The notes under the pieces were generated by a model. The model had not been told where the DNA came from. It was given only the letters and a program-made list of their open reading frames with translations, and ran no database searches. A DNA stretch of 55,693 bases. It comes from a virus. Lineage: Duplodnaviria > Caudoviricetes. The first letter of the stretch is position 1; every line of letters starts with the position of its first letter. Below are positions 6,994-17,500 of this stretch, in pieces. Position numbers and translations under genes: made by a program. The DNA lies in the IMG/VR virus record IMGVR_UViG_3300020371_000012, positions 1 through 55,693 of that record; one strand, given 5' to 3'.

Positions 6994-7746
6994 ATGGCTA
7001 AAGGATTTACTGTAAAAGCGAAAGCTCCTACTCCGAAAAAAGTAGAAGATGATTTTGATATCGCAGCAGCAAAGGAGATGGTAAAAGGCAAGAGTATTGT
7101 CTTCTGTCTCCCTGGTCGCGGTGTCTCTTATATTTTCCTCAAGGCATTTGTCCAACTGTGCTTTGATCTCGTCCAAACTGGTGCAAGCATTCAGATTGCC
7201 CAGGACTACTCTTCCATGGTTAACTTTGCACGATGCAAGGTACTTGGTGCTAATGTTCTCCGTGGACCCAAACAGATCCCCTGGGATGGCAAGTTGGAGT
7301 ATGACTACCAACTGTGGATCGACTCGGATATCGTCTTCGATGTTGAGAAGTTCTACCGTCTTGTGTGGATGAACAAGGACATCGCAGCTGGTTGGTACAT
7401 GACTGAGGATGGTAAGACCACCTCTGTTGCACACTGGTTGGAAGAAGATGACTTCGCTAAGAATGGCGGTGTCATGAATCACGAAACTGGTGAGTCTATC
7501 TCTCGTCGTCGTAAGCCTTTCACCGTGGACTACACTGGCTTCGGTTGGGTCCTGATCAAGAAAGGTGTCTTTGAGAATCTTGAGTATCCTTGGTTCGCTC
7601 CTAAGATGCAGGTCTTTGAATCTGGTGATGTTCAGGATATGTGTGGAGAAGACGTTTCGTTCTGTCTCGATGCGAAGGAAGCGGGTTATGAGATCTGGTG
7701 TGATCCTAAGATCCGTGTTGGACATGAAAAGACTCGCGTGATCTGA
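6994..7746 (+). CDS. Glycosyltransferase-like protein (GT-A fold), conserved in cyanomyoviruses
   Basis: YQLWIDSDIVF (DxD), VDYTGFGWVLIKKGVFE, CGEDVSFC, VGHEK; strongly biased codon usage. Confidence 0.8.
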   Translation: MAKGFTVKAKAPTPKKVEDDFDIAAAKEMVKGKSIVFCLPGRGVSYIFLKAFVQLCFDLVQTGASIQIAQDYSSMVNFARCKVLGANVLRGPKQIPWDGKLEYDYQLWIDSDIVFDVEKFYRLVWMNKDIAAGWYMTEDGKTTSVAHWLEEDDFAKNGGVMNHETGESISRRRKPFTVDYTGFGWVLIKKGVFENLEYPWFAPKMQVFESGDVQDMCGEDVSFCLDAKEAGYEIWCDPKIRVGHEKTRVI

Positions 7747-7901
7747 TGTTATACAAGGTCATGGAGTTAGGTACAGATGGTTGGGGGATTAATGACCCCC
7801 ACCGTGATCGTAACCTGACTAAAGAACAGGCTAAAGAGAGACTCGAACATTATATTCATGAGGGAGTCTCTCCTTCAAGACTCAAAGCAACTCCTGAATA
7901 A
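7746..7901 (+). CDS. Hypothetical protein (51 aa)
   Basis: TGATG overlap; MLYKVMELGTDGW...LTKEQAKERLEHYIHEGVSPSRLKATPE*. Confidence 0.75.
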   Translation: MLYKVMELGTDGWGINDPHRDRNLTKEQAKERLEHYIHEGVSPSRLKATPE

Positions 7902-7964
7902 AAACCCCTATCGGCGCGTTTTACCCGCGTCCGACCGCGAAAAACCTCTAAGTATTACTAAATA

Positions 7965-8111
7965 ATGGCTGTAAAGAAAATGAGCAAGAGTGGTTCGGTT
8001 TTTATCGAATCAGCTCCCAAGAAAACAAGGCAAGGAAGTGGACGTAACACTAAGTATGCTGCTACCTCCGCCAACAACAAACGTAAACGTTATCGAGGAC
8101 AAGGAAGGTAA
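7965..8111 (+). CDS. Small, highly basic cyanophage protein (48 aa)
   Basis: Hand-translated MAVKKMSKSG...PKKTRQGSGRNTKYAATSANNKRKRYRGQGR*. Confidence 0.8.
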   Translation: MAVKKMSKSGSVFIESAPKKTRQGSGRNTKYAATSANNKRKRYRGQGR

Positions 8112-8266
8112 TGGCTGATTCTGATCCAAGAAATGCACCTAACGCAGAAGCTCCTGCACCTGAGGGCGCTCAACAGTTTGGATATGATGTTGCTGCACAA
8201 GCAAGAAAGAGGGCAAAAGACTCTAGGAACGAAACTAATCCCAATTCTCCTTTAGCCGCTGGGTAA
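8111..8266 (+). CDS. Hypothetical protein (51 aa)
   Basis: TAATG overlap; MADSDPRNAPNAEAPAPEG...SPLAAG*. Confidence 0.7.
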   Translation: MADSDPRNAPNAEAPAPEGAQQFGYDVAAQARKRAKDSRNETNPNSPLAAG

Positions 8267-8271
8267 ATTAT

Positions 8272-8928
8272 ATGAGTTCACTAGTAGTTAATCTACCCGC
8301 ACAAAAAGTGTGGGTCCGTAAAGAGTATCTAAGAGACTTACAAGACGGACATGGTGAATTTGCAGAAGGCGTCTGGGTATCGGCTAAGTCGATACCTGGA
8401 CGTTCTTTTTATTTTGAAACATATCTGCCAGAATATGGTGCAATGTTTGATAAATTGCCCATCAGTGCATTTGTTTCTGAACCAAAGACACCCGATCCAG
8501 ATTTAGATCTACCTAATTTGCAGTTTTGGAATTGCATGGACTATGGTGTAGTCAATGTATGCAAACAATTTGTAGCATCTATGGACTGGCAAGTCCGAAC
8601 TAGACACTTTGGCAATCTAATGGGTACGTATATTTGTACTCTGGACAATTATCATGCTGATATTGATGTCATTGATTCCTCTACGAGTGAAATTCCACAG
8701 GAACATAAGTCATTTAATCTACTTGAATTGGAAAATGGACAGTTTGCTCTATATCCAAACAACAGGTGTAGAATTTTTGACATTAGTCTAACACCTCAAG
8801 AGCCAAAAATACCCGACTTCAAGGTCTCTACAGAGTATTATCAGGTAGAAAATGGCATCAATTGGGGTAGATTGGGTGATACGGATGAATATTTTTGGGA
8901 AACACCTGACGAAAAGGGTAATAAATAA
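8272..8928 (+). CDS. Conserved cyanophage hypothetical protein (218 aa)
   Basis: Motifs VWVRKEYLRD, YGAMFDKLPISAF, EHKSFN...NGQFALYPNNR. Confidence 0.85.
   Translation: MSSLVVNLPAQKVWVRKEYLRDLQDGHGEFAEGVWVSAKSIPGRSFYFETYLPEYGAMFDKLPISAFVSEPKTPDPDLDLPNLQFWNCMDYGVVNVCKQFVASMDWQVRTRHFGNLMGTYICTLDNYHADIDVIDSSTSEIPQEHKSFNLLELENGQFALYPNNRCRIFDISLTPQEPKIPDFKVSTEYYQVENGINWGRLGDTDEYFWETPDEKGNK
8920..8927 (+). promoter_or_regulatory. T4-type late promoter
   Basis: AATAAATA, a variant of TATAAATA, upstream of the structural module. Confidence 0.6.
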
Positions 8929-8988
8929 AAAGCAGAGATAGAACCTCTCTAAAAGTTCTGCTTGCAGAACAAATTAGGGAGACAGTTC

Positions 8989-9189
8989 ATGTCTAATCAT
9001 CCAATTCCCGATTCAAATCAGGAGTATATGGTTCAGCAGTGGGGTACTAAGTACCTTATTACTGATCCAAGATCAGATTATTACTTAAAAAAGGCCTCAA
9101 AATCAAAAAATGATCCCCCAGAAGACAGATTAAGTCGTCATTGTGGAGGAAAAGATGGTTTTGACGACTATGCCGAGTGGTTGACTTGA
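8989..9189 (+). CDS. Hypothetical late protein
   Basis: GGAGA 6 nt before ATG 8989; MSNHPIPD...WGTKYLITD. Confidence 0.75.
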   Translation: MSNHPIPDSNQEYMVQQWGTKYLITDPRSDYYLKKASKSKNDPPEDRLSRHCGGKDGFDDYAEWLT

Positions 9190-9215
9190 TATATAACGTA
9201 TAAAATCCAAGCAAA

Positions 9216-9632
9216 ATGGCATTGTCCAGAAGCAAAAAACGAATATCGAGAGTTTTCAAGGACATTAGTCTCTCTTTTGTAAAGCATCCTGTCACAAATG
9301 ACATTGGAACCTTCCATGATGCGGATGCAATTAAGAGATCGGTGACAAATTTGGTAAGAACTAAGCTTGGTGAGCGATTTTTTCAAAATTTTATTGGTTC
9401 CAGAGTTGAAGATTCTGTTTTTGAACAGCCTTCTGATGAATTATCTGCTTCAACTGAGGAAGATATTCGTTATTTGCTAGAAAATTTTGAAGAACGAATT
9501 GATGGGATCCTAGTTAGGTGCTATTATCCTCCAAATAGTAATGAATTTCACGTTCATATTACCTATAACATCGTTGGATTACCATTGCCAACACAAGATG
9601 TCGATTTCATCCTTCAATCTACTAGGACATAA
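9216..9632 (+). CDS. gp25: Baseplate wedge subunit, T4 gp25-like
   Basis: FKDISLSF.KHPVTND, DAIKRSVTNLVRT..GERFF, FEERI; directly upstream of gp6. Confidence 0.9.
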   Translation: MALSRSKKRISRVFKDISLSFVKHPVTNDIGTFHDADAIKRSVTNLVRTKLGERFFQNFIGSRVEDSVFEQPSDELSASTEEDIRYLLENFEERIDGILVRCYYPPNSNEFHVHITYNIVGLPLPTQDVDFILQSTRT

Positions 9633-11503
9633 TGTCATTTAATCAATTTACAAACCTAGATTTTGATAGCCTTAAGATTCAAATTAAGGATTATCTTCGT
9701 GCGAACAGCAATTTTAGTGATTTTGACTTTGAAGGATCTAATTTTTCGGTCCTAATTGACCTTCTTGCATATAATTCTTACATTACGTCATATAATACCA
9801 ATATGGCGGTCAATGAATGCTTCCTTGATAGTGCTACTTTAAGAGAAAATGTTGTTGCACTGTCGAGAAACATCGGATATGTACCTAGATCGAGTAGATC
9901 TTCCCGTGCAGTCATCAACTTTTCGGTGGATTTGGGTACAAATGACACTAGAATCCTAACTTTGAAAGCTGGAACTGTTGCATTGGGTTCTCAAGTCAGC
10001 GGACAGTACGTTTTTTCAATTCCTGATGACTTTGTTACGACTGTAGACAACAATAATGTAGCATTTTTTGAAAATTTGAACATTTATGAGGGAGTTTACC
10101 TTACAAAAACGTTCACTGTTGATTATTCTCTTCCAAATCAGAGATTTATTCTCCCAAATGCTAATATTGACACTACTTCTATTCGTGTTAAGGTTGAATC
10201 TACGACAAATGAGATTTATGAACTGTACGATAACATTTTGAGGGTCGATTCTACCTCAAGATTGTTCTTGATTCAAGAAATTGAAGATGAAAAATACGAA
10301 ATTTTGTTTGGTGACAATATTTTAGGTAAAAAACCGCCTGCAGGCGCCAAAGTTACGGTAAGTTACATCGTCACTAATGGTAGTAGGGGTAATGGAGCTG
10401 CTAATTTTACGTTTACGGGCATTCTAAAAGACGATACCATCTCTACAGTAACTAACGGTATCTCATTAATCACTACTCAACAAAAATCTGAGGGTGGTGA
10501 TGATGTTGAGAGCGTAAATTCTATTAAATACTTAGCACCTCGTATCTACGCGGCACAGTACCGTGCAGTGACGGCAAATGACTATAAGGGTATTATACCA
10601 TTCATATACCCTAACGTTGAATCTGTGACCTCCTACGGGGGGGAGGAGTTGGATCCGCCTGAGTTTGGTAAGGTGTTTATCTCCGTTAAACCAAGAAACG
10701 GTTCTTTCCTATCACAGGTAACCAAAGATCAAATATCGAGAGAACTAAAACAATATTCTATTGCAGGCATTAAACCAGAACTGGTTGATCTCAAGTACTT
10801 GTACGTTGAAACTAATTCTGCAGTTTACTATAATACAAACTCTGTTTTTGACGCTTCTGCATTGAGAACTAAGGTCTTTAATACACTTACGGTATATTCT
10901 CAGTCTACAGACATCAACAGCTTTGGTGGAAGATTTAAATACAGTAAAGTAGTGGGTCTTATTGACGATACTGATGGTGGTATTACTTCCAATATTACTA
11001 AAGTTAAAATTAGAAGAGACTTGGTTCCAGAAACAGGACTTTTTGCAACTTATGAGTTATGTTTTGGTAATGCTTTCTTTGTTAACACTGGCGGATATTC
11101 TGTAAGGTCAACTGGATTTACTGTTGATGGTATTGGTGGCACTTTATACCTTGCTGATATTCCCATTAGTAAAACTAGAGGAAGAATTTTCTTCTTCAAG
11201 TTAGAAAACAATGAACCAGTTATTGTTAAGAGCAATGCGGGAACCGTGAAGTATGACGAAGGAGAGGTTCTTTTAGATGTGGTAAATATATCAGGAACTT
11301 CTTTGACTAACGGAACTGTTCAAGTAGAAGCAATCCCTGAATCTAATGACATTATTGCTTTGAAAGACATTTATCTACAATATGATATTGGAAACAGTGA
11401 AGTGACCGCTCTCCAAGACGTTGTTTCTTCTGGTGAAAATACTTCCGCTACTTCATACGTCGTAACTTCCAGCTACTCCGACGAAGGATATATCAGATCG
11501 TAA
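9632..11503 (+). CDS. gp6: Baseplate wedge subunit, T4 gp6-like
   Basis: LDFDSLK...DFDFEGSNFSVLIDLLAYN, FLDSATLRENVV, AQYRAVTANDY, FGKVFISVKP. Confidence 0.95.
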   Translation: MSFNQFTNLDFDSLKIQIKDYLRANSNFSDFDFEGSNFSVLIDLLAYNSYITSYNTNMAVNECFLDSATLRENVVALSRNIGYVPRSSRSSRAVINFSVDLGTNDTRILTLKAGTVALGSQVSGQYVFSIPDDFVTTVDNNNVAFFENLNIYEGVYLTKTFTVDYSLPNQRFILPNANIDTTSIRVKVESTTNEIYELYDNILRVDSTSRLFLIQEIEDEKYEILFGDNILGKKPPAGAKVTVSYIVTNGSRGNGAANFTFTGILKDDTISTVTNGISLITTQQKSEGGDDVESVNSIKYLAPRIYAAQYRAVTANDYKGIIPFIYPNVESVTSYGGEELDPPEFGKVFISVKPRNGSFLSQVTKDQISRELKQYSIAGIKPELVDLKYLYVETNSAVYYNTNSVFDASALRTKVFNTLTVYSQSTDINSFGGRFKYSKVVGLIDDTDGGITSNITKVKIRRDLVPETGLFATYELCFGNAFFVNTGGYSVRSTGFTVDGIGGTLYLADIPISKTRGRIFFFKLENNEPVIVKSNAGTVKYDEGEVLLDVVNISGTSLTNGTVQVEAIPESNDIIALKDIYLQYDIGNSEVTALQDVVSSGENTSATSYVVTSSYSDEGYIRS

Positions 11504-11504
11504 A

Positions 11505-14500
11505 ATGCCTGACCTAAACAAAGTTAAGATCTCTCAATTAATTGAGTCCCAGATTCCTTCTTTTCTGAATCAGGAGTCTCCTCTTTTTCGTGAGTTTTTA
11601 GAACAGTATTACATATCCCAAGAACATCAATCTGGTGTTAACGATCTTGCTGTAAATCTTCCAGAATACAGACAAATTTCATCGTTTAACAATGAAACAC
11701 TAATTCCATATAATGTTCTTGGAGCTAAGATTTTTGCTTCTGATGATGTCATCACGGTTCAGTCAACTGCAGGATGGCCAGATCAGTATGGTTTGATAAA
11801 AATTGATAATGAAATTATTACATATAAGAGTAAAACTGCAAATCAGTTCTTAGATTGTAGTAGAGGATTTAGTGGAATTAGTAAAATTCAGAAAGATGGA
11901 AATTCTGAATTTCTAGATTTTTCTATTACTGAAGCTGATGAACACGAGGCAGGAACACTAGTATATAATTTAAGTAATTTATTTTTACAAGAATTCTTTT
12001 CTAAGTTTAAGAAAGAGTTTTTACCTGGGTTTGAAAATAGATCTTTTGTTACTGGAACTTCCGTTCAAAACATTCTTACCAGAGCTAAAGACTTTTATTC
12101 TGCAAAGGGAACCGACGCATCGTATCAGATTCTGTTCAAACTTCTATATGGTGAAGAAATTGAACTAATTAAACCCATTGATGATACTATTGTTGCTTCA
12201 TCAAACGTATATTTTAAAACTAAAAATGTTCTTGTAGAGAATCTTTTTGATGGAGATCCTTTAAGAACTGTAGGTAATTTCTTATTCCAGAATGTAAGTG
12301 GAATTGGAACGGTAAGTGCTTCGATCTATAATGTTGAATATAGACCGATTGATAGGAAAGATTTTTACGAACTTTCTCTGGACGCATCTTCATTCTCTGG
12401 AAGCTATCAGGTTCCTGGTAAAACAAAAACTCTTCAGACAATTCCTCAGTTCTCAAACAATCTTCTAGTTGACTCTACCATTGGATTTGAACAAGAGGGA
12501 ACTCTTTTAATTAAACCAACTGTAGATTCAAACTTCATTGAAGTATCTTACACCGATAAGACAGTTAATCAGTTTTTGGGTGTTAGTGGCATTTCTACTG
12601 ACTTGGTTTTTGGTGCAGAGGTTTTTGAAGATAAACTAGCATTTGCATATGCTGGATTTGGACAAACATCTTTAGTTCAGTTGAGAATTGTCAACGTTAT
12701 TGATAATGTCGATGTATCTGACACAGCCAACATGGTTGTTGGTGATAGTTTAAAGCTATCTACATTTGGTGCAGATAAGGGAGAAGATTCCCAGTTTAAT
12801 AGTTGGATTTATAATATTCCAACAATTCATAATATTAATACTGTTGATCAACTCAACATTAATACATTTAGAGTTAATTTGTTTGATGAGGTTGTTTTCT
12901 TTATTGGCGAGAAAATCACACTTTCTAATGGTACGCAAGAAATTATAGCAGAGATTAAAGATATTGAATATGATGCCTCTAGAAGTGAAAAGAGACTTAG
13001 TAACAGAGTAGTCGTTCAACTCAATGGAACTCTTCCCGCAAATCCTACGGTCCTTAAAAAGACCATTGTAAAGGCAGAACACAATTTAGGTAGATTTCCT
13101 GAAATTAATAAATTTCCTGTTGGTATTCAAAATAGTTATCTTTCAGATAATGAAGAAGACTATTTTGTAACTACTTCTGGTCTCCCAAACTATCCACTAT
13201 TTGCAACTGATAATAGGAAATTTGTCAAGACTGATAGTAATGAAACAGTAGATGGTAATGGAACACCAATCAATGGTGGTGGATTTACTTATCTTTTAAA
13301 ATCTGTTGATTCTGGTGGAGCTGCAGCTCAAGGACAACTTGCGTTAAACGTTGGTGGAAATACTCCTATCAAACATAATTATGTAACTGGTGAAAAAATC
13401 TTTTGGGATAATATCTACAATAGTGGAATTCAAACTGGAATCTATTTTGTTACTGCTGTAAGTGAGACTGAGTTCTACTTATCCTTTAGTGGTTCTGACG
13501 TATTCTCTAAAAAATATATTCCTTTCAAAATCAATTCTCCAGGACAATTTGTTGTTAAGTCTGGTTTTGAAAATAGGGAATTACAGCACCAAAAGATTTT
13601 AAGGAAGTTTCCATACGTCAAAAAACCATTTTTCTTTGATGATCCAAACAAAAGAGATATTAAAAATAGACCTATTGGTTTGTTAGCTAATGGTGTTGAA
13701 CTTTATCCGCCAACGGTATTTGATGAACAGATTTATTATGGTGATATCATCAATGTTAAGGTTACGAGTCCTGGTAGTGGATATGATGTAATCAACGGAC
13801 CAGATCTAGTAGTTCAGGATCAAAATGGGTCAGGTTGTAAAGCTTATCCAACAGTAACAGGATCTTTTTCCGAAGTAAGACTTGTATCTCCTGGAATTGG
13901 ATATCAGGAAAAACCAAAAATTACTGTTCAGGGTGGTAATGGATTTGGTGCTGTTCTTGAGTCTAACTTCGTAAGAGGAAAGATTATTGTTAATTTTAAA
14001 GCTGATGGAACTTCGGTAAACTCCAACTCAGATACAATTGATTTCCCATCAAAGCATAATTTTGATATTGGTGAAGAAGTTTTCTATGATGCAAAAGGAA
14101 ATACGCCAATTGGTAATTTAATTAGTGGATCTACTTACTTTGTTCGACCAATTGATTCCAAAACCATTTCTTTACATACATCATTCCAAGATGCAGTTAA
14201 TGGAACTAATGTGTTTAATATTGGAGCTCCAAGTTTTGGTTTCCATAGTTTCACTTCTTTGAAGTCGAAGAATACTATTACAAACATTTATGTAAAAGAA
14301 CCTGGAAGCGGATATTCAAATAGGAAAGTCGTTGTTCCTTCAAGAACTACTGCTGCTGGAACTAGATCTGGTATTGATACTTCTGATAATTACATTTTTG
14401 CAAGATCACACAAGTTCTCTAATGGTGATGTTGTAAGATATTCTTCTACTGGAAATTCGGTTGGTGGATTGAGTACCACCACAGAATATTTTATTAGAAC

Positions 14501-17500
14501 CATTGATGATGATAGATTTAAACTCTATGATGTCGGCATTGGGACTACAAGAGATACTACCAATTTTGATAAAAATAAAGAAGTATTTTTAGAAAATTTT
14601 GGATCGGGAGAGCATACAATTGCATATCCTCCAATTGTTGTAAACGTTGAGTCTCTTTCTGCTATTGGTGCAACAACAGTTATTCAACCAGAACTTGATC
14701 CAGTTGTTCTTGGTAGTATTGATAATGTATATCTTCAAGAGGGTGGAACTGGATATGGATCTACAAATATTGTAGATTTCCATAGAAGACCAAATGTTGG
14801 TATTTCTACAGTAGTATTCAAGGCATTATTGAAACCAATTATTATTGATGGTAGTATTGCCGATGTCCAAATTCTTGCAAGTGGAAAGGGATATAGAAAA
14901 GACTCCGATATCTTCGTTCATAGTGGAAAGGGTGATTTTGCCAAGATCAATCCAATTGTTGAAAATGGTGGAATTATTGGAGTCCAAATTCTTGATGGTG
15001 GTACTGGATATGGAGAAGAGACTCAATTAGAATTAAGGAATAGGGGTATTGGTGCCAAGTTCATTGCCGATGTCCATGAATGGAAAATTAACCAAGTAGT
15101 AAAATCCGATAATACCATCAGTAAAGAAGATGGTGCTTTATTGCGACCAACTACTAATCCAGATCTTGGACTCCAAGCGATTTCAATGTATCCTCCAAGA
15201 AAGTTAAGATATCAACTTGGAGATAATATTGATGTTGGTAATTTAGAACTGTCTCAAAATGCTATTCACTCCCCCATCATTGGTTGGGCATACGACGGCA
15301 ATCCAATCTATGGACCATATGGATATGAGAATGAAATTGGTGGTTCAGTTGTTAGACAAAACAGCGGTTATATTCTGAATAACGCAAGTCTTGTTGGCGT
15401 AAGACCTCCTGGATATTCTCTGGGATATTTTACAAATGATTTTGTTTACAATAACTCTGGAAGTCTTGATGAATATGGAGGAAGGTATTGCGTAACACCA
15501 CAATTCCCAGATGGAACATACGCATATTTTTATAGTATTGACGTTGATTCAAGTGGAGTTGCCGAACCTAAGTATCCATATGTTCTCGGAGAAAAGTTCA
15601 AAGATTTTCCAATCGAAGATAATTTCAATACATTCTTCAATCAAGATATTGATCTCTCTAAACAGAAATTATCTAGAAATGTTGGACCATATTATTTGTC
15701 ATTTGGCAATTCAAAATATGATCTTATCGACAAAGTTGATGATGATTTTCAACAGAAATTCTTTGTCCAAAAGGTAAGGACTTCTGGTATTGGATCTGTT
15801 AGTATTTTTAGTAGAGGTGACGGATATAAAGTTAATGATCTTCTAGATATTGACAATGAGGGAACTGATGGATCTGGTGCCACTGTTGTTGTTGGATCTA
15901 TTCTTGGAAAAGATGTCTCCACAATTGAAGTAGGCGTTTCCACATATAAAGAAACTGAGCTCAGAATTAATGGTCGTAGTGTAATAGGAATTACATCGAT
16001 TCCACATGATTTTGAAGATAATGAAATTATTCACATCTCTGGAATTACTACAGCTAAATTTGCACCTTTCTTTGGGGAACAGAAAATTACTGTTCCAAGT
16101 CGTCGATGTGGAATTAGCGAATTTGTCCCTAATATTGGAGTTACTGGGATAAGCACGTTTATCTACGTTACTAATACTGAAGGATTTAAAACTGGTGATC
16201 ATATCGGTGTTGGAACCGAGACGATGGTCATTACTGAAGTTGATAAGAAGTTTAAGAGATTTAGAGTCAGTAGAGAAAATTATGTTGGTATTGCAATTAC
16301 CCATCCCAAATCTACCAATTCCGTTTTCTTAAAACCAAGAGAATTTGAATTTAGTGCCAAAGTCGTAGATAAAGAATTCTTCACCTATGCGGTACAACCA
16401 AATAGAACCATTTACTTTTCCCCAGAAGAAACAGTTGGTATTGGTTCTACTGGATCGATTTATGATGTAATTAATACTGGTATTGGTTCTCTTGTAGCTC
16501 AAAGTTATGATACTAGATTTGTACCTCAACAGAGAATATATCTCCCAGATCACCGCCTTGCAACTGGACAACCACTTAGATACAATATAGGTATTGCTGG
16601 AACTTCACTTACAGTTGCAAAGACATCTGCTGGATCTACATCTGGTGTCGGAACTAGTAGGTTAGCTGATGATTCTATTGTATATGCAGTAAACTTTGGT
16701 CAGAATTATATTGGACTTTCCACTATTGGGTTTACTACAGGTGGAGATGCTCTGTATTTCTTCAATTTGTCATCAGGTATTGGATATGCACATTCATTAA
16801 CAACACAGTTCCCAACGGTAAAAGCAACAGCTCAAAGATATTATACGGAAGTTACTACTGATAAGGATCATGGATTGACTACAGGTGATGTTGTAAGATT
16901 TAATACAGCACCTACTCAATCGGAAACAGTTAAGTTTAGATTTGATCCAGTTATCTCTAAAGTTACAACCGATAAGGTTAGTTTCTCTAGCACTGATATT
17001 TCTGCAGATTATACATCTATTAATATTGATGATGAATCTTTCCAAAGTGGCGATAAAGTAGTTTTCTATGCCTCTGGTGGTAATCTTATTGGTGGTTTGG
17101 ATAATAACAGAACATATTTTGTCTTGAGACAAGATTCGGACTTTATTAAACTTGTAAAATACAAATCAGATATTAGTGATTCTGATGGAATTGTATTCAC
17201 TTCTGTTGATATTGGAACATATGAGATTGCTAAAGTTAATCCACCACTTTCGTTTACTAAAGGCAATAAAATCGTTATTGATGTTTCCGATGTCTCTTTG
17301 AGAGATATGAAGTTGGAATTTTATAGCGATGCTAATTACAATAATAGTTTAGAAACTACTGGTAGTAATCAAAATGGTTTTGCAATTACTAGAAATGGTA
17401 TTAGTGGTACTGCAAATGCTAGTATTGAAATTGACACCAGAAAAGAATATCCGACTAAGAGTTTCTATAACTTGATTCCAGTTGTACCTACTGACGAGAG

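Noticed and set aside
6805-7725. 306-aa minus-strand ORF
   Set aside because: It is the antisense shadow of the codon-biased glycosyltransferase-like gene, with no RBS or recognisable motifs.
7911-7945. GC-rich hairpin TCGGCGCG...CGCGTCCGA
   Set aside because: There is no adjacent U-tract on the + strand, so it cannot be called a terminator.
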